The position numbers were made by a program, and so were the translations under genes. From the NCBI GenBank assembly GCA_041548245.1, contig JBFESZ010000069.1:1-11725 (forward strand): DNA of 11,725 bases, written 5' to 3'. Shown here piece after piece: positions 1 through 7,822 of the stretch. Source of the DNA: Sulfurimonadaceae bacterium. Its GTDB lineage: Bacteria; Campylobacterota; Campylobacteria; Campylobacterales; Sulfurimonadaceae. Under the pieces are notes generated by a model. The model was given only the letters and a program-made list of their open reading frames with translations, was not told the origin of the DNA and made no database searches. Positions within the stretch are counted from its first letter, which is position 1; the number at the start of each line of letters is the position of its first letter.

Positions 1-477
1 AAACGGGGACAACTGAAGGATGGATCTACAGATGAGAAGCTCAAAGCTGAGGCTCTGGAGCGTATCAAGAGAAAAGGGGCGCTTCTTTATGACTTGGCAA
101 AGCCTTATCAGGAGCATGAACGCTACATCAATGCGATGGTCCTGGGTTCACAAGACCTTACAAAAGGCGAGGGTGTTAATCTGCTGAGCGTACATGCGAG
201 TAAAGGTCTGGAATATAAAGAGGTCTACGTGATCGATCTTATGGATGGACGTTTTCCAAATCGAAAACTGATGAACAAAGGGGGCGGTGGTATAGAAGAA
301 GAACGCCGTCTTTTTTATGTCTCGGTAACACGGGCCAAAGATATCTTATATCTGAGCTATGCTAAGAATGACAAAATAAAAAAGATCGACTTCGTACCGT
401 CTCAGTTTCTGTATGAAGCAGGATTGATCCAAAAAGACGAGAACTATAGGAAAATGGTAGAAAAAGAGGGTGAATAG
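1..477 (+). CDS. UvrD/Rep-family (SF1A) ATP-dependent DNA helicase, C-terminal part (5' end outside window)
   Basis: Frame 1 is open from base 1 (KRGQLKDGSTDEKLKAEALERIKRKGALLYDLAKPY...) to TAG at 475-477, so the ORF-track start at 94 is internal. It contains SF1A motif V (LLSVHASKGLEY), GRFP, and motif VI (EEERRLFYVSVTRAKDILYLS). Confidence 0.93.
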   Translation, partial: KRGQLKDGSTDEKLKAEALERIKRKGALLYDLAKPYQEHERYINAMVLGSQDLTKGEGVNLLSVHASKGLEYKEVYVIDLMDGRFPNRKLMNKGGGGIEEERRLFYVSVTRAKDILYLSYAKNDKIKKIDFVPSQFLYEAGLIQKDENYRKMVEKEGE

Positions 478-510
478 TCAGAGATGAGGGTGTGTCTTTC
501 TCACCCTCTC
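461..510. terminator. Candidate hairpin/terminator between the convergent helicase and ctsF genes
   Basis: GAGGGTG (486-492) pairs with CACCCTC (502-508) around a 9-nt loop. Alternatively AGAGGGTGA (465-473) pairs with TCACCCTCT (501-509); on the minus strand this form is followed by a short T run (complement of the A run at 461-465). There is no long canonical U-tract. Confidence 0.45.
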
Positions 511-514
511 GGGA

Positions 515-1756
515 TCAGTTTTTAGCTGCTTTACCCATATCCCACATCGGCAAGAAGATCCCAAGTGCCATTAAGAGTACCATTGCCGCGATAAGTGCCA
601 ACATAATAGGTTCTATGGCTTCTGATAATCCATCAATGATAGCATCAAACTTCATCTTGTAATATTCAGTGACCTTTTCCATCATAGCATCAAGTTGACC
701 ACTTGATTCACCAGCGGCTACCATCTGGATGATCATATTCTCAAACAGACCGGTGTCTTTTAGACCCTGATGTAACGTATTACCTTTCTCGACGGCACCT
801 CTTACAGTTTGAAGTTTCTCTTTTAGAGGAAGATTATCGATCATATCAATAGCGGCCTCAAGTGAGTCTGCAATGGGGATACCCGCATGTACCAAAGCAG
901 AGAAAACAAGCATAAAACGATTCAAGGTTGCGAACTTAATAAGGTTTTTAATGAGCATGGTCTTAAGCAAGATTTCATGAAACCTAAACCTGACATTATA
1001 ATAATGGTTGATAGCAAAACGCGCTGTCAAGAATACAGCAATGATGGTTCCAAGCACATACATACCATATTGATTTATACCTACCTCCAATGCAAGCAAT
1101 ACCTGGGTTGGAAGCGGTAGCTCAGCATTGAGTTGTTCGAATATTGCTTTGAACTCAGGTACGACGTATGAAATAAGAATGGTAAAAGCGATGGCCATAG
1201 CGATCATAACGTTTCGAGGATAGGCCATAGCTTTTTTAAACTTGATGAAGTTTCTTCTAATCTCTTCCAGCATGTCGGCAAGCTTGTAGAGTGCTTCGGC
1301 CATGTTACCTGTTTTTTCTCCCAGCTGGATCATGGCTAAGGTCAAATTTCCCATCTCATATCTGAAGTTATTGATGGACTGAGACATACTGAGACCTGAG
1401 TTGATATCTTCGGCTATCCGGTTAAATACCTCTTTGAGTCTTTGGTCATCAGTAGAGTTGGCGATCTCATGCAGGGTGTCATGAATAGAGATACCTGCAT
1501 TGGTCATAACCGCCATTTGCCGGATACCGGCAATAAGACTGTCTTGTTTGATCTTTTTCTTTTTAAAGTTTTTGGTAATACCTTCTTTAAAAGCCTTAAG
1601 TTGTTGATCTAAGGGTGGAGAACTCTCAATTACTTTCAGGACAACACCGGGGAATTTAACTTTTGCAAGATAATGCGCTTCTTTCTTATCTTCTGCATGC
1701 AGACCGTGAGCTTCGCGTTTACCTTTGTTAATAACTGTAACTGAATAATATTTCAT
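515..1756 (-). CDS. ctsF: Type II secretion/type IV pilus inner-membrane platform protein (GspF/PilC/MshG family; CtsF-like)
   Basis: 413 aa with two T2SSF repeats (RQMAVMTNAGISI...GEKTGNMAEALYKLA...KKAMAYP; LVHAGIPIADSL...GESSGQLDAMMEKVTEYY...IEPIML...GIFLPMWDM) and three hydrophobic TM segments. It lies directly downstream of the GspE-type ATPase with an ATGA overlap at 1753-1756. Confidence 0.95.
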   Translation of the reverse strand: MKYYSVTVINKGKREAHGLHAEDKKEAHYLAKVKFPGVVLKVIESSPPLDQQLKAFKEGITKNFKKKKIKQDSLIAGIRQMAVMTNAGISIHDTLHEIANSTDDQRLKEVFNRIAEDINSGLSMSQSINNFRYEMGNLTLAMIQLGEKTGNMAEALYKLADMLEEIRRNFIKFKKAMAYPRNVMIAMAIAFTILISYVVPEFKAIFEQLNAELPLPTQVLLALEVGINQYGMYVLGTIIAVFLTARFAINHYYNVRFRFHEILLKTMLIKNLIKFATLNRFMLVFSALVHAGIPIADSLEAAIDMIDNLPLKEKLQTVRGAVEKGNTLHQGLKDTGLFENMIIQMVAAGESSGQLDAMMEKVTEYYKMKFDAIIDGLSEAIEPIMLALIAAMVLLMALGIFLPMWDMGKAAKN

Positions 1757-3495
1757 TGTTTTGCCACCCTTAAAATTTCATCAAATGTAGTGATACCTTC
1801 GGCAGCTTTTTGCATGCCGTTTTTGAACATATTTTGAAAACCCTCTTTGGTCGCCTGTTCTAAAAGTTCTACTTTTGAAGCTTCTTTCGCGATCATACTG
1901 GAAAGTTCTTCAGAAATTGGAAGTACTTCACAGATCATCTCACGGCCTTGGTAACCAGTTCCTGAACACTCTCTACATCCTGCACCTATCTTGAAAATCG
2001 CATTTTCAGGAATATATGATTTATACTCTTCTACAAGGTTATCCGGTAGTTTGGCATCCTCTTTGCAGTGAGGACATATCTTTCGAACCAAACGCTGTGC
2101 TTGAATAGCAACGACAGCACCACTGATCAGATAGGGCTCGATACCCATATCTGCCATCCTTGGAATGGCACTGACAGCATCATTGGTATGCAAAGTAGAG
2201 ATAACTAAGTGTCCGGTCAAGGCCGCTTTAATAGCGATCTCAAGTGTCTCATGGTCACGAATCTCACCGATCATGATCTTGTCAGGATCCTGGCGAAGAA
2301 TAGAACGCAGCGCATCTGCAAAAGAGAGGCCGACCTTTGGGTTGACCTGTACCTGTTGGATAAGGTTCATCCTATATTCGACAGGATCTTCAACAGTAAT
2401 CACTTTTTCTGTGACACTTCTAAGCTCATTAAGTGCACCGTAAAGGGTTGTCGTCTTACCCGAACCGGTAGGGCCGGTGACTAATATGACGCCAAACGGT
2501 GCTTTAAGCGCAGTATGGAGCTTTTGATAGCTGGCTGCATCCATGCCTGCTTCTTCGAGTTTTACCAGCGCTTTGGTCTTGTCAAGTACACGCATAACAA
2601 TTGATTCACCATACAGGATCGGTAGAGTAGATATACGAAAGTCAAACTCTTTATTACCAACATTGGCTGAAAAACGTCCATCTTGAGGTTTGCGTTTTTC
2701 GGCGATATCCAGATTGGCAAGAAGTTTTAGTCGTGAAGCCATAGGCGGATAGATGTCTTTGTCAAAGATGAAGATCTCGGTCAGTGCACCATCAATACGT
2801 CCACGTACAACACAGTTCTTTTCTGTAGGTTCGATGTGGATATCCGATGATCGCGAATGAATGGTTGTCTTTAGCACAACATCAATCAATTGTAAGATGG
2901 ATGAAGCCTCTTGTTGTTCTTCTGCACTGCCGATAGAATTAAGCTCACTTCGGATGTTGGCTACAAGTTCTTTAACGCTGTCCTTAAGCTCCATCTTCAT
3001 CAAGTAGGCTTCGATCTGCTTGCTTGTAGCTACGGCAATACTTAAAGGCTTACGCGGGTATATTCGCTGTAGCATCTCTTGGGCATCAACATTTAACGGA
3101 TCCGAGAATACAACGGTTACATGCATTTCATTTTGAGAAATTGGTATGGCGACAGCACGTTTAAGTTGATTGTACGGGGCCTTTTCTGCGAGACGGTAAT
3201 CTAAATCGACTGAGTCCAGATCTATGAAGGGATAGTTCAATACCTCGGCTAAATATTTTAAGACATCATGCTCAGATAAAAAACTATACTGATGAATCAC
3301 AGAAAGCTCATATCGGCCTACTCTGATCTGCTCAACGATGAAGCGCTTCACAAAATTTGCGGAAACAGCACCGACTCTCGTCAGAGTTTCAAGAAGAGCA
3401 TCAGGTTTTACACCTCTGGATGTGAGTCTTTCTATCTGTTGAGTAGTGATATGGTTTTTATCTAATAAGTCTTGTGTAATACGATCCAGTTGCAA
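1753..3495 (-). CDS. ctsE: GspE/PilB/MshE-family assembly ATPase (CtsE-like)
   Basis: Contains SDIHIEP, PQDGRF, Walker A GPTGSGKTTT, Asp box ITVEDPVE, Walker B LRQDPDKIMIGEIRD, His box ALTGHLVISTLHTND and tetracysteine Zn motif CPHC...CREC. I place the start at TTG 3495, which has AGGAG (3508-3504) 8 nt upstream; the ORF track starts at TTG 3513. Confidence 0.96.
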   Translation of the reverse strand: MQLDRITQDLLDKNHITTQQIERLTSRGVKPDALLETLTRVGAVSANFVKRFIVEQIRVGRYELSVIHQYSFLSEHDVLKYLAEVLNYPFIDLDSVDLDYRLAEKAPYNQLKRAVAIPISQNEMHVTVVFSDPLNVDAQEMLQRIYPRKPLSIAVATSKQIEAYLMKMELKDSVKELVANIRSELNSIGSAEEQQEASSILQLIDVVLKTTIHSRSSDIHIEPTEKNCVVRGRIDGALTEIFIFDKDIYPPMASRLKLLANLDIAEKRKPQDGRFSANVGNKEFDFRISTLPILYGESIVMRVLDKTKALVKLEEAGMDAASYQKLHTALKAPFGVILVTGPTGSGKTTTLYGALNELRSVTEKVITVEDPVEYRMNLIQQVQVNPKVGLSFADALRSILRQDPDKIMIGEIRDHETLEIAIKAALTGHLVISTLHTNDAVSAIPRMADMGIEPYLISGAVVAIQAQRLVRKICPHCKEDAKLPDNLVEEYKSYIPENAIFKIGAGCRECSGTGYQGREMICEVLPISEELSSMIAKEASKVELLEQATKEGFQNMFKNGMQKAAEGITTFDEILRVAKQ

Positions 3496-3503
3496 TTGAA
3501 CTA

Positions 3504-3508
3504 CTCCT
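3504..3508 (-). promoter_or_regulatory. Shine-Dalgarno AGGAG for the assembly ATPase, overlapping the upstream TAG stop
   Basis: The minus strand reads TGG-TAGGAG-TAGTTCAA-TTG-CAA-CTG-GAT; AGGAG is 8 nt before the in-frame TTG at 3495. Confidence 0.65.
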
Positions 3509-4055
3509 ACCAATAAGTGTGCCTATGAGTCATTATTGTATCATAATATTCTTCTATAACCATCTTCTTGGAATGGTTGCCGTTCTTGATATAAAGCTTG
3601 TATGAGACCTTCTCATTATGCTTGTCAAAAAACACATAATGGTTTTGTTTGCGATCATGTCGGCTCTTAGCATAGAGCTCAAATACGGTTGATAAGACAT
3701 GGTCTGTTGTCGGAAGTTTTAATTCGCTCAAACCATATCCATCTAGTAAAGCATGATAAAGAAGTTTTTTTTGCATTAAAATAACTGAAAAGTAGGCGGC
3801 ATTGCTACGGGCTTCTTGTGTTTTTTTAAGCAAAGATATAGGAATGGCCAAACGGTCTATATAGTCTGAATGAAGACAAGAGAATGCATACAAGGATACA
3901 AACTCTTCATCTTTCCGGTATTGTTGAAAGACTTTGAGGCCTTCTTTACATGCTTCTTCATATTGTTTGTCTTGATACAGATGGTACAGTGAGGTCTTGA
4001 TGTCCGCAAAAGCAAAGTTGAACAAAAGACAACTGATCAATACTAGAATTCTCAT
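3507..4055 (-). CDS. Exported hypothetical protein with helical/TPR-like N-terminal half and beta-rich C-terminus
   Basis: 182 aa with a Sec-type signal MRILVLISCLLFNFAFA|D. The segment LYQDKQYEEACKEG...YAFSCL resembles a TPR helix pair with Cys36/Cys60. It has an ATGA overlap with the upstream gene and its stop carries the SD of ctsE, so it is embedded in the operon. No function is recognisable. Confidence 0.85.
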   Translation of the reverse strand: MRILVLISCLLFNFAFADIKTSLYHLYQDKQYEEACKEGLKVFQQYRKDEEFVSLYAFSCLHSDYIDRLAIPISLLKKTQEARSNAAYFSVILMQKKLLYHALLDGYGLSELKLPTTDHVLSTVFELYAKSRHDRKQNHYVFFDKHNEKVSYKLYIKNGNHSKKMVIEEYYDTIMTHRHTYW

Positions 4056-4879
4056 TTAAATGTCCCGGATTCGATTTTTCTTAATAAGACGTCAGCAGCA
4101 GTAGACTTCGTTGTCTTTAGATATGATTTTAATGTATTTATTGCTAATTCATGCTGTCCAAGCTTAACTAAAGACTTAGAAAAGATAATCCAGCTCTCTT
4201 CGATACTTTTATCTATTTCATTTGTCATCAATGCATAATTGTATGACTTTTGATACTCACCAGCAGCATAGTATCGTTTGGCAATAAATAGACTCAAGGC
4301 TGGGTTCTTGTTCTTTTTAAATCTTCGTATGACATCTTTTAGATCTGTGTCACTTTTATTTGAAGTGATATTGAGCCTGTTCTCATTTGTCTCTTCAGCA
4401 AGGTCAGTAGCATTGGCAGGAGTTTCGTTTTCAGACATGACAGATACGGTCTCATTTCCTTGTAACGTAGATGTTACAGGTTCTTGGATTGGCATCTCTT
4501 CTTCAATAAAAGCAGTGAGTCCATCTTCGATATTATCCATAAAGTGCAGAGATGGTTTAAGTACTAGCGTACTTTTTTCTTGTTGAGGCTCTGGTCTGAT
4601 CTGTTCTTGCGTGTTGTCGGCAATATTGAGTTCAATAGGCGCTTTAACAGGTTCTGAAGACGGCTTTTGTTGAACGACAGTTTCAACTTGCTCTTTTGAC
4701 GGTTCTGCTTCTGTAGTTTGAACAGGGACATTGTTTTTGTCTTCTGTATCAGATAATGGCATATAGATGAAAAACAGTCCAATGATACTTACGCTTGCCA
4801 AAATAGATAAAACCAGAGGTATATAACTTTTTATTTTATACCGCAGCCATTGCCTCTCCAGTTCATGAATATTAAGCAT
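4052..4879 (-). CDS. ctsX: Membrane-anchored TPR-containing transformation/pilus accessory protein (CtsX/MshN-like)
   Basis: 275 aa: N-terminal amphipathic helix (ELERQWLRYKIK), one TM (res ~20-40), a long Glu/Pro/Thr-rich linker, and C-terminal TPR helices (LFIAKRYYAAGEYQKSYNYAL...SWIIFSKSLVKLGQHELAINTLKSY). It sits directly after the CtsP-like ATPase, as ctsX does in C. jejuni. SD AGGA at 4890-4887. The gene symbol rests on architecture plus synteny. Confidence 0.72.
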   Translation of the reverse strand: MLNIHELERQWLRYKIKSYIPLVLSILASVSIIGLFFIYMPLSDTEDKNNVPVQTTEAEPSKEQVETVVQQKPSSEPVKAPIELNIADNTQEQIRPEPQQEKSTLVLKPSLHFMDNIEDGLTAFIEEEMPIQEPVTSTLQGNETVSVMSENETPANATDLAEETNENRLNITSNKSDTDLKDVIRRFKKNKNPALSLFIAKRYYAAGEYQKSYNYALMTNEIDKSIEESWIIFSKSLVKLGQHELAINTLKSYLKTTKSTAADVLLRKIESGTFK

Positions 4880-5681
4880 GTATCAATCCTGTCTGTATTG
4901 CAGCCATTTCTATTATTTTATTCGAAATATTACTATAGTTTATTTTGGTCGGCTGGTTCTCTTCATACCAGTCATACAGACTAAACAAAGTATACAATAG
5001 CTTATTAGTGTCTCTGTAGTTGCCTTGTGTTATATGATGAATGCATTTTACATTTTTATTGTCAAACATATTGGCGACATCAAAACAGTTGTTTTTCATC
5101 AGTTTCTTTTGTATGTATATCTTCAGCTCTGCAGCAGACGCATTATGTAGTTCTAAACTTTCCCAAATACGTGTTTGAAAGTGCTCTTTAGCGATAATAT
5201 CTTCTTTCTCAGTTTTATGCAGTGTTATAACGAATTTGATTTTTCTGGCATCTGAAATCAAACGTATCTTTTCCATAAGTGAAGAGGTATATAGCTGCGC
5301 TTCATCCAGTAGAACAATGGGAATATTCTCAAACTGATAGTGCTCAGAAAGCTCATTGAATTGAGTGAAGTTTAATTCCTCAAAGGGTCGAACACCATAG
5401 ATGTCACGTGCGAGTGATTTTAAGAACTCGACTTCATCAACCAAAGGTGTATGATACATCACGACTTTTTGCTGGTCTTTAAGGTCCTCATAAAGCTTAT
5501 TAAGCATCATGCTTTTCCCTGTTCCCGGCTTACCGTAAAGAAGAATCATTTTTAGGGGTTTTTTGACTGAGTCTTTTAAAGATTGATAGAGTGTTGAGAC
5601 ACGATCGAGTTGAACATACTCTTTCGCATCTACGACATCTAAAAAGACCTCTTTCGAAGAGAGGTAAAAGCTACTTTTCAT
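4872..5681 (-). CDS. ctsP: ExeA/MshM-type AAA+ ATPase (CtsP-like)
   Basis: 269 aa with Walker A LLYGKPGTGKS, Walker B IVLLDEAQ, and an ExeA-like C-terminus (ELKIYIQKKL...IHHITQGNYRDTNKL). No TM or peptidoglycan-binding domain. It follows the secretin directly (TAGATG junction at 5684-5679). Confidence 0.85.
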   Translation of the reverse strand: MKSSFYLSSKEVFLDVVDAKEYVQLDRVSTLYQSLKDSVKKPLKMILLYGKPGTGKSMMLNKLYEDLKDQQKVVMYHTPLVDEVEFLKSLARDIYGVRPFEELNFTQFNELSEHYQFENIPIVLLDEAQLYTSSLMEKIRLISDARKIKFVITLHKTEKEDIIAKEHFQTRIWESLELHNASAAELKIYIQKKLMKNNCFDVANMFDNKNVKCIHHITQGNYRDTNKLLYTLFSLYDWYEENQPTKINYSNISNKIIEMAAIQTGLIHA

Positions 5682-7364
5682 CTACTCTTTTTCAGCTTCA
5701 ATTGTTGTTGCGTCTGTAGCTGCTTTCTTTTCTGCCATTCGTTCTTTACGTTCAGCTTCCAGTTCAGCATTTTTTGCATCGAGTTCAGCCAGATCATCCT
5801 GACTTTCTGAATGAATAAAGGCCTGAGAGTCAAGCTGCTCTTCATTAAGACCGGTATAGCCCAATTCGCTTAATGATATAGTCTGTTTTCCATCTTTAAT
5901 AATATGTGGTTCGATAACAATAACAAGCTCTTCGATAGTGTTGATCTTCTCTTGGTACTTGAATAACCAGCCAAGAATAGGAACATCACCCAGTAAAGGG
6001 ATTTTGTTTTCATTGATACTATCCTTTGACTGAATAAGACCACCAAGAATAACACGCTCACCATCTCGAACAGAGACGACAGATGAGAGTTGTCGACGAT
6101 TTAGATCCGGTGGAACATCACGTGTCGCTCCATCTTCATCTGAGGCGATGTCCTGACGTGTCTCGCTTAATGATGGATTTACCTTTAATGTAATGAGTCC
6201 ATTATCATCGATTTCAGGTGTTATATCAAGCAGAATACCTGCAAAAACAGAACTAACGACATCATTTTCTAAGGTGGAAGCTACACCACCGCCAGAACTT
6301 TGCTGCTGGGTTGTCTGTTGTATCTTATAAAAGTACTCACTACCAACACTGATGAGTGCCGGTTGATTGTTTAGTGTCATTATCTTAGGATTGGATATGG
6401 CTTTTACATTCCCTTGTGTTTTAAGGAACTTTATTACCTCATTGAGTGAACCTGACCCGATAATATTAATGGCACTGGAATTAATTGCACCGATTCGTCC
6501 ATATTCTGTAATAGCACCATCTTCTACCTCACTAACATTGTCTGTTAAAAGATTATTAGTGGTGATCTGAAAGTTTTGAAGAGCATACAGTTGTGACCAG
6601 TCAACCCCAGTTTCATGTCTATTATCAAGCGTAACACCCAATAGTTTGACATCGATAAGGACTTGTGCCTTTGCCTTTCTTTGAAGCTCTTGCAGGTAAG
6701 TTGAAAGACGTTCCATCTGTTTTGGTGTTGCCGAAACAGTCACAAGGCCTGCAGTTTTGTTGATGATTGGGGCATCTGCACTGTAATCATCTTCGGGACG
6801 GTTTAATACCGATTGAAACTCTAGGTCAAGGTTTTCCCAAAAAGCGACTTCATCCGTAGTCTCGATTTCAATACCGCTTTCAGATTCATTTGATGATGAC
6901 TGTGATGTGTCTGCAGCACCTGTGGTACTACCACCCTGAACACCAGATTTACTGCTAAGCGTGACATTTGTTGTACCGGTGCTTTTACGATTGGTTATGA
7001 TATAGTCAATATCAAATGTTTTCGTTACAAGGTAAGAGATATGCAAGATATTGTTCTCAAGTTTGTAAAAGAGATTGTTCTCTTTCAGAACCAAGTCGAG
7101 GACTTCGTCAATAGTCAAGTTCTTGAGATTAGTCTTGTTAAGCTCTTTTGATAATAACTTTTCCGCTTCCGGATCGGTTACGATAACACTGAACGAACAT
7201 TCATCACTAAGTTGGTCAACAAACTCCGTAATCTGAGTTCCTTTGATGGAAGAGATTGAAAAGAGCTGATACGTACAGTCAGCACTTAAAGATGATGTCA
7301 TTAGCGTTGCCGCTGCAACACTGCTTATGAGAGTGTTCTTTAATGGTTTTAGTGTTAGTTTCAT
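5682..7364 (-). CDS. mshL: Outer-membrane secretin, MSHA-type (MshL / CtsD-like)
   Basis: 560 aa: signal peptide, N-terminal STN-like domain, TKTFDIDYI followed by a Ser/Gly/Thr-rich loop and FWENL (MshL-like N domain), GLVTVSATPKQMERL, and a secretin core (QVLIDVKLL...GVDW...GNVKAISNPKIMTLNNQPALISVG...GILLDITPEI...VSVRDGERVILGGLI...KIPLLGDVPILGWLF...ELVIVIEPHII). Confidence 0.95.
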   Translation of the reverse strand: MKLTLKPLKNTLISSVAAATLMTSSLSADCTYQLFSISSIKGTQITEFVDQLSDECSFSVIVTDPEAEKLLSKELNKTNLKNLTIDEVLDLVLKENNLFYKLENNILHISYLVTKTFDIDYIITNRKSTGTTNVTLSSKSGVQGGSTTGAADTSQSSSNESESGIEIETTDEVAFWENLDLEFQSVLNRPEDDYSADAPIINKTAGLVTVSATPKQMERLSTYLQELQRKAKAQVLIDVKLLGVTLDNRHETGVDWSQLYALQNFQITTNNLLTDNVSEVEDGAITEYGRIGAINSSAINIIGSGSLNEVIKFLKTQGNVKAISNPKIMTLNNQPALISVGSEYFYKIQQTTQQQSSGGGVASTLENDVVSSVFAGILLDITPEIDDNGLITLKVNPSLSETRQDIASDEDGATRDVPPDLNRRQLSSVVSVRDGERVILGGLIQSKDSINENKIPLLGDVPILGWLFKYQEKINTIEELVIVIEPHIIKDGKQTISLSELGYTGLNEEQLDSQAFIHSESQDDLAELDAKNAELEAERKERMAEKKAATDATTIEAEKE

Positions 7365-7372
7365 GTCTTTCC

Positions 7373-7822
7373 CTATTTTGTTGAGATGTTGAGATTTTTA
7401 CTTTTTTGTGCAATGAAAAGTTTGATTTTCTTACTCTTTCTTTCTAGCACAACATAGTCACTTTGTATTTGAGAAAGTTTATATCCTCTAATAAGCTCAT
7501 TTTCTTTAACCCACTTACCACTGATCAAGGCAGAAGAATTCAGTACGATCTGCAAAGTTAAAGGTGACTTATCCATATCTTTCTTGGTAACGTCCTTCTT
7601 TGTCACAGTTGAAGGCGCTTTTGCATCTTTTTTACCAGAAGCAGATTTTTTCGGTTCTTCTTTAATAACGATGAACGGGCTTTTAAGTCTCGCCAAAGTA
7701 CTACTTTGAAGGCCGGTTCTAGCCGGCTTTATTTCATCTATCTTCTGGTCAATCCAGCTCATATTTGCATCCGCTTGCAACAAGCCTGCAAACAATGTAA
7801 GTATTAATAGTTTTGTTTTCAA
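7373..7822 (-). CDS. MshK/PilP-like exported secretin-associated protein (positional equivalent of CtsR)
   Basis: Signal peptide (M)KTKLLILTLFAGLLQA, a SPF motif, a Lys-rich linker, and a C-terminal beta domain LTLQIVLNSSALISGKWVKENELIRGYKLSQIQSDYVVLER of the MshK/PilP/GspC-HR type. It lies between pilO-like and secretin genes. I prefer TTG 7822 as start (TTGA overlap with the upstream stop, GGGGGA upstream); the ORF track uses ATG 7837. Confidence 0.72.
   Translation of the reverse strand: MKTKLLILTLFAGLLQADANMSWIDQKIDEIKPARTGLQSSTLARLKSPFIVIKEEPKKSASGKKDAKAPSTVTKKDVTKKDMDKSPLTLQIVLNSSALISGKWVKENELIRGYKLSQIQSDYVVLERKSKKIKLFIAQKSKNLNISTK

Noticed and set aside
94-477. ORF-track 127-aa protein starting at TTG 94
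   Set aside because: The frame is open back to base 1; this is the tail of a longer helicase, not a small standalone gene.
3765-3772. A8 tract (coding strand) in the hypothetical gene, plus several 6-7 nt A/T runs elsewhere, including the KTKKKK region of pgp1
   Set aside because: Expected in AT-rich Lys-coding DNA. The pgp1 run is interrupted by G, and there are no long poly-G/C tracts of the Campylobacter contingency type.
4029-4040. Lipobox-like LISC (Cys9) in the 182-aa protein, suggesting a lipoprotein pilotin
   Set aside because: The Cys is too close to the N-terminus and lies inside the hydrophobic core; AFA|D at residue 17 is a better signal peptidase I site.
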